64,000 bases of DNA from Nostoc sp. DedSLP01 (GTDB lineage Bacteria > Cyanobacteriota > Cyanobacteriia > Cyanobacteriales > Nostocaceae). A program made the position numbers and the translations under genes. The stretch covers positions 64,001-128,000 of the forward strand of contig JAVRCJ020000017.1 of the NCBI GenBank assembly GCA_034530875.2, read 5' to 3'. Shown here piece after piece: positions 61,201 through 64,000 of the stretch (position 1 is the first letter of the stretch; each line of letters opens with the position of its first letter). The notes beneath the pieces are model-generated. The model saw only the letters and a list, made by a program, of their open reading frames with translations, was not told where the DNA came from and did no database searches.

Positions 61201-62613
61201 TTAAACCAATGCCTTCAACAAAGCCTGAAGTTTAAGTTGTACTTCTGCAAATTCCCTGTCGGGATCGGAACCGGCGACAATACCAGCACCAGCATACAAC
61301 CTGGCGCGATCGCCATTTATTAATGCCGAACGAATTCCCACAATAAATTCACAATTCCCATTAGCATCTATCCAACCTAAAGGCGCAGCATATAAACCCC
61401 TTTCAAAGCTTTCATAACGACGAATTTCAGCACAAGCAACATCTCGCGCTGCACCGGCAACGGCTGGTGTCGGATGCAACTGGGCAACGATATTTAATGG
61501 ATGAATATTAGCAGGAACTACAGCACTAATTGGCGTCCACAAATGCTGGATGTTGGATAATTGTCGCAGACGGGGTGCTAATATTTGGGGTAACAAACCT
61601 AGCTGGCATAAGCGTTGAGTTATGAAATTAAGTACCAGCGAATGTTCGTGTCTTTCTTTTTCACTATTGAGTAAGCGGTTGGCGTTAGCTGCATCTTCAG
61701 CCGGAGTTTTACCTCGTGGTGCAGAACCCGCCAACGCATCAGTAATTAACTGCTGATTATTAATACTAATTAATCGTTCTGGACTGGCACCAATAAAGTT
61801 TTGCCCTTTCCCATTACTTGTAGAAAAAATATAACAATTAGGATGTATTTGTCTGAGATTATTTAACGATTTAACTAAGTCAAAATGATTGCTTGACTTA
61901 ACATCTAATATATCTGCTAAAACAATCTTTCTTAAATGATTAGACTGAATTTTTTCCAATACAGAAGCTACTGAATATTTAAATAGATTGCCATTAGTGA
62001 TAGATTTTTGGTAAAACTTTGCTGAGAAATCAATATTTGGAGAATAATCTTCTAAAGATTGGATAAATTCAATTTTTGTTTGTAGGACTTGCAATAGTTT
62101 TTGAATATCGACGTCAGCATTTATAGTTAAATTTGTTACTAATATACAGCACTGATTTTTAACAGCTACTTGCCAACGGGGCAGAAAAATGGTAGCAGCG
62201 GGAAATGGATAATCTACTTGGGTATTTTGGTCGAAAAAGCTGAAGTAACAAAAAAAATGAGGTCCAGAAAAAGGCTGGTTAGAGTTACCAAAATTAATTA
62301 TATTTTTTAGACAAGATTTGATAAAATATTCAGCTTTAGTAAAACGTTCTCTGCCGTCAACTTGTAATTTTTCTACAGCATCAATTGCGGCGATCGCTTC
62401 TCCTTTGCCTTTGTCTTCAAAGTAAAAATTTATTTCATTTGCTTGTGTAAATCGATCCAATACAAGTAAAGGGTCAACTAAATCGATCTCTTGGGAGATA
62501 CTGACAATTTGCCTAGAATTATTTTTGATGCACTTTTTTTGCACTGCTAAGAGAAATTGATATAAATCTTTGTGCTGTACAAACAAGTTGCTACGACATG
62601 GTGAAACTGTCAT
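61201..62613 (-). CDS. menF: Isochorismate synthase
   Basis: KIVLA, GASPERL, LAGS, EKERHEH, LHPTPAV, ERGLYA and AGAGIVAGS motifs; divergent from menA. Confidence 0.93.
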   Translation of the reverse strand: MTVSPCRSNLFVQHKDLYQFLLAVQKKCIKNNSRQIVSISQEIDLVDPLLVLDRFTQANEINFYFEDKGKGEAIAAIDAVEKLQVDGRERFTKAEYFIKSCLKNIINFGNSNQPFSGPHFFCYFSFFDQNTQVDYPFPAATIFLPRWQVAVKNQCCILVTNLTINADVDIQKLLQVLQTKIEFIQSLEDYSPNIDFSAKFYQKSITNGNLFKYSVASVLEKIQSNHLRKIVLADILDVKSSNHFDLVKSLNNLRQIHPNCYIFSTSNGKGQNFIGASPERLISINNQQLITDALAGSAPRGKTPAEDAANANRLLNSEKERHEHSLVLNFITQRLCQLGLLPQILAPRLRQLSNIQHLWTPISAVVPANIHPLNIVAQLHPTPAVAGAARDVACAEIRRYESFERGLYAAPLGWIDANGNCEFIVGIRSALINGDRARLYAGAGIVAGSDPDREFAEVQLKLQALLKALV

Positions 62614-62977
62614 GGATCTTATCGATAGTAAATTTTTTTTAAGTTAACTTCCTAAAGTGTAATTAATCGTGGTCGTATTTTTACAGGTAACATATTAAGT
62701 TGCCATTTCACCAGCGTAAGATTTGCCTTATTAGTGGTGTTCTGAGAACCTGAGAAGCAAGTTGTAGCCTAGACTGCAACTTCAGTATCGGAGTTTGTAA
62801 TAGAACCTCATAACCAAAAGGTAAAAATTGTGCATTCAATAGCCAGAAGTCAGAATTGATAACGAATCTAGTATGATTGGTATATTCATTCATGAAATAT
62901 TATCGTGAATCGGAGAATTCTGACACGAAAAATCTTTTGTGCAAGCAATATTGTGGGAATTTAATTAATCTCGACTG

Positions 62978-63874
62978 ATGACTACCAAGCAGATTTTATA
63001 TCCTAATACTAAGTTATGGATGGCAGCTATTAAACCGCCAATGTACAGCGTTGCCATCATGCCGATTTGGGTAGGAACAGCAGTAGCTTATGCTGAAACA
63101 AAAATTTTCAATGGAGCAATATTTTCTACTTTTATAGGTGCGGCAATTTTAATTCTTGCCTGGGAAAATATCAGTAATGATGTTTTTGATTCCGAAACAG
63201 GTATCGATCGAAACAAACACCATTCTCTGGTGAATTTAACTGGTAATAAAAAATTAATATTCTGGTTAGGAAATTTGTGTTTAGGTTTGGGGTTGCTGGG
63301 GATAGTAGCGATCGCTTTTTGGCAACAAGACCTAACTGTTATCGGCATAATACTGCTGTGCTGTGGTTTGGGCTATATGTACCAAGGGCCTCCCTTTCGC
63401 TTAGGATATCAGGGTTTAGGCGAAATTCTTTGCTTTTTTGCCTTTGGCCCCTTAGCAGTAGAGGCAGCATACTACAGCCAAACTCAAACTTGGTCGATGA
63501 CGAGTTTAGCAGCCTCAGTGATTCTCGGCATTGCCACAACTTTGATTTTATTTTGTTCGCACTTTCACCAAGTTAAGGATGACATAGCCGCAGGCAAGCG
63601 ATCGCCCATCGTCCGTCTCGGAACCGAAAAAGGTGCCCAACTGCTATTTTGGTTCACTGGCAGCATTTATCCTCTGACTTTGCTGTTTGTGCTGTCGGGA
63701 ATTTTTCCAGTCTGGACACTGCTAAGTTGGTTGAGTTTACCCTTTGCCGTCAAATTATGCCGTCATGTCCAAGAAAATCATCATAAACCAGACAAAGTTA
63801 GTAACTGTAAATTCATCGCCGTCGCCGTGCATTTTTGGAGTTGCTTGCTGTTGGGATTGGGATTTATGTTTTAG
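62978..63874 (+). CDS. menA: 1,4-dihydroxy-2-naphthoate phytyltransferase
   Basis: AAIKPPMYSVA, NDVFDSETGID, YQGPPFRLGY and DDIAAGKRSPIVRLG (UbiA-family) motifs. Confidence 0.94.
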   Translation: MTTKQILYPNTKLWMAAIKPPMYSVAIMPIWVGTAVAYAETKIFNGAIFSTFIGAAILILAWENISNDVFDSETGIDRNKHHSLVNLTGNKKLIFWLGNLCLGLGLLGIVAIAFWQQDLTVIGIILLCCGLGYMYQGPPFRLGYQGLGEILCFFAFGPLAVEAAYYSQTQTWSMTSLAASVILGIATTLILFCSHFHQVKDDIAAGKRSPIVRLGTEKGAQLLFWFTGSIYPLTLLFVLSGIFPVWTLLSWLSLPFAVKLCRHVQENHHKPDKVSNCKFIAVAVHFWSCLLLGLGFMF

Positions 63875-63927
63875 ATTGGGCATGGGGCATTGGACAAATG
63901 ACTAATGACTAATGACAAGTCAAGATA

Positions 63928-64000
63928 GTGATTTACAGATTTAAATTTCGTCCTTATCGGCGAAGATTTGTGCGAACAGTTAGTACAAGTCATGGTAAAT
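63928..64000 (+). CDS. menC: o-succinylbenzoate synthase (5' end only)
   Basis: GTG start gives MIYRFKFRPYRRRFVRTVSTSHGK..., resembling the cyanobacterial MenC N-terminus; located directly after menA. Confidence 0.65.
   Translation, partial: MIYRFKFRPYRRRFVRTVSTSHGK

Noticed and set aside
62708..62893. 61-aa ORF between menF and menA
   Set aside because: No recognisable motif; it lies in the divergent promoter region.

Overview
AT-rich chromosome segment from a heterocyst-forming (Nostocales-type) cyanobacterium, judged from frequent HIP1 octamers (GCGATCGC), heptameric STRR repeats, several Uma2 genes and genes such as ndhH, sir and menF/menA. Most of the window is housekeeping: gmd and exopolysaccharide genes, pgsA, a fumarase/aspartase-family lyase, rsmH, ndhH, rsmE, sir, leuC/leuD, mazG, proA, menF/menA/menC, tRNA-Arg(TCT) and tRNA-Val(TAC). 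Two accessory loci stand out. (1) 44002-46364: a DUF4209-like protein with a HEPN-type RxxxxH motif and a short C-terminal tail resembling cyanobacterial antitoxins, overlapping a VapC/PIN nuclease gene by 4 nt and adjoining an apparently truncated Ser/Thr kinase. (2) 29472-35586, next to tRNA-Arg: a 1492-aa UPF1/DNA2-type SF1 helicase with an IF2 N-terminal domain and a ~650-aa helical insert, followed by Uma2 and a winged-helix protein. Smaller observations include a 21-nt in-frame insertion into a HIP1 site of a histidine kinase, an 11 x 21-bp tandem array, an aldehyde dehydrogenase relic carrying a MITE, a GluR0-like channel without GYG, a single-domain DXCF cyanobacteriochrome, and several MITE/REP-like elements. 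All family assignments come from recognising motifs by eye; no searches were run.
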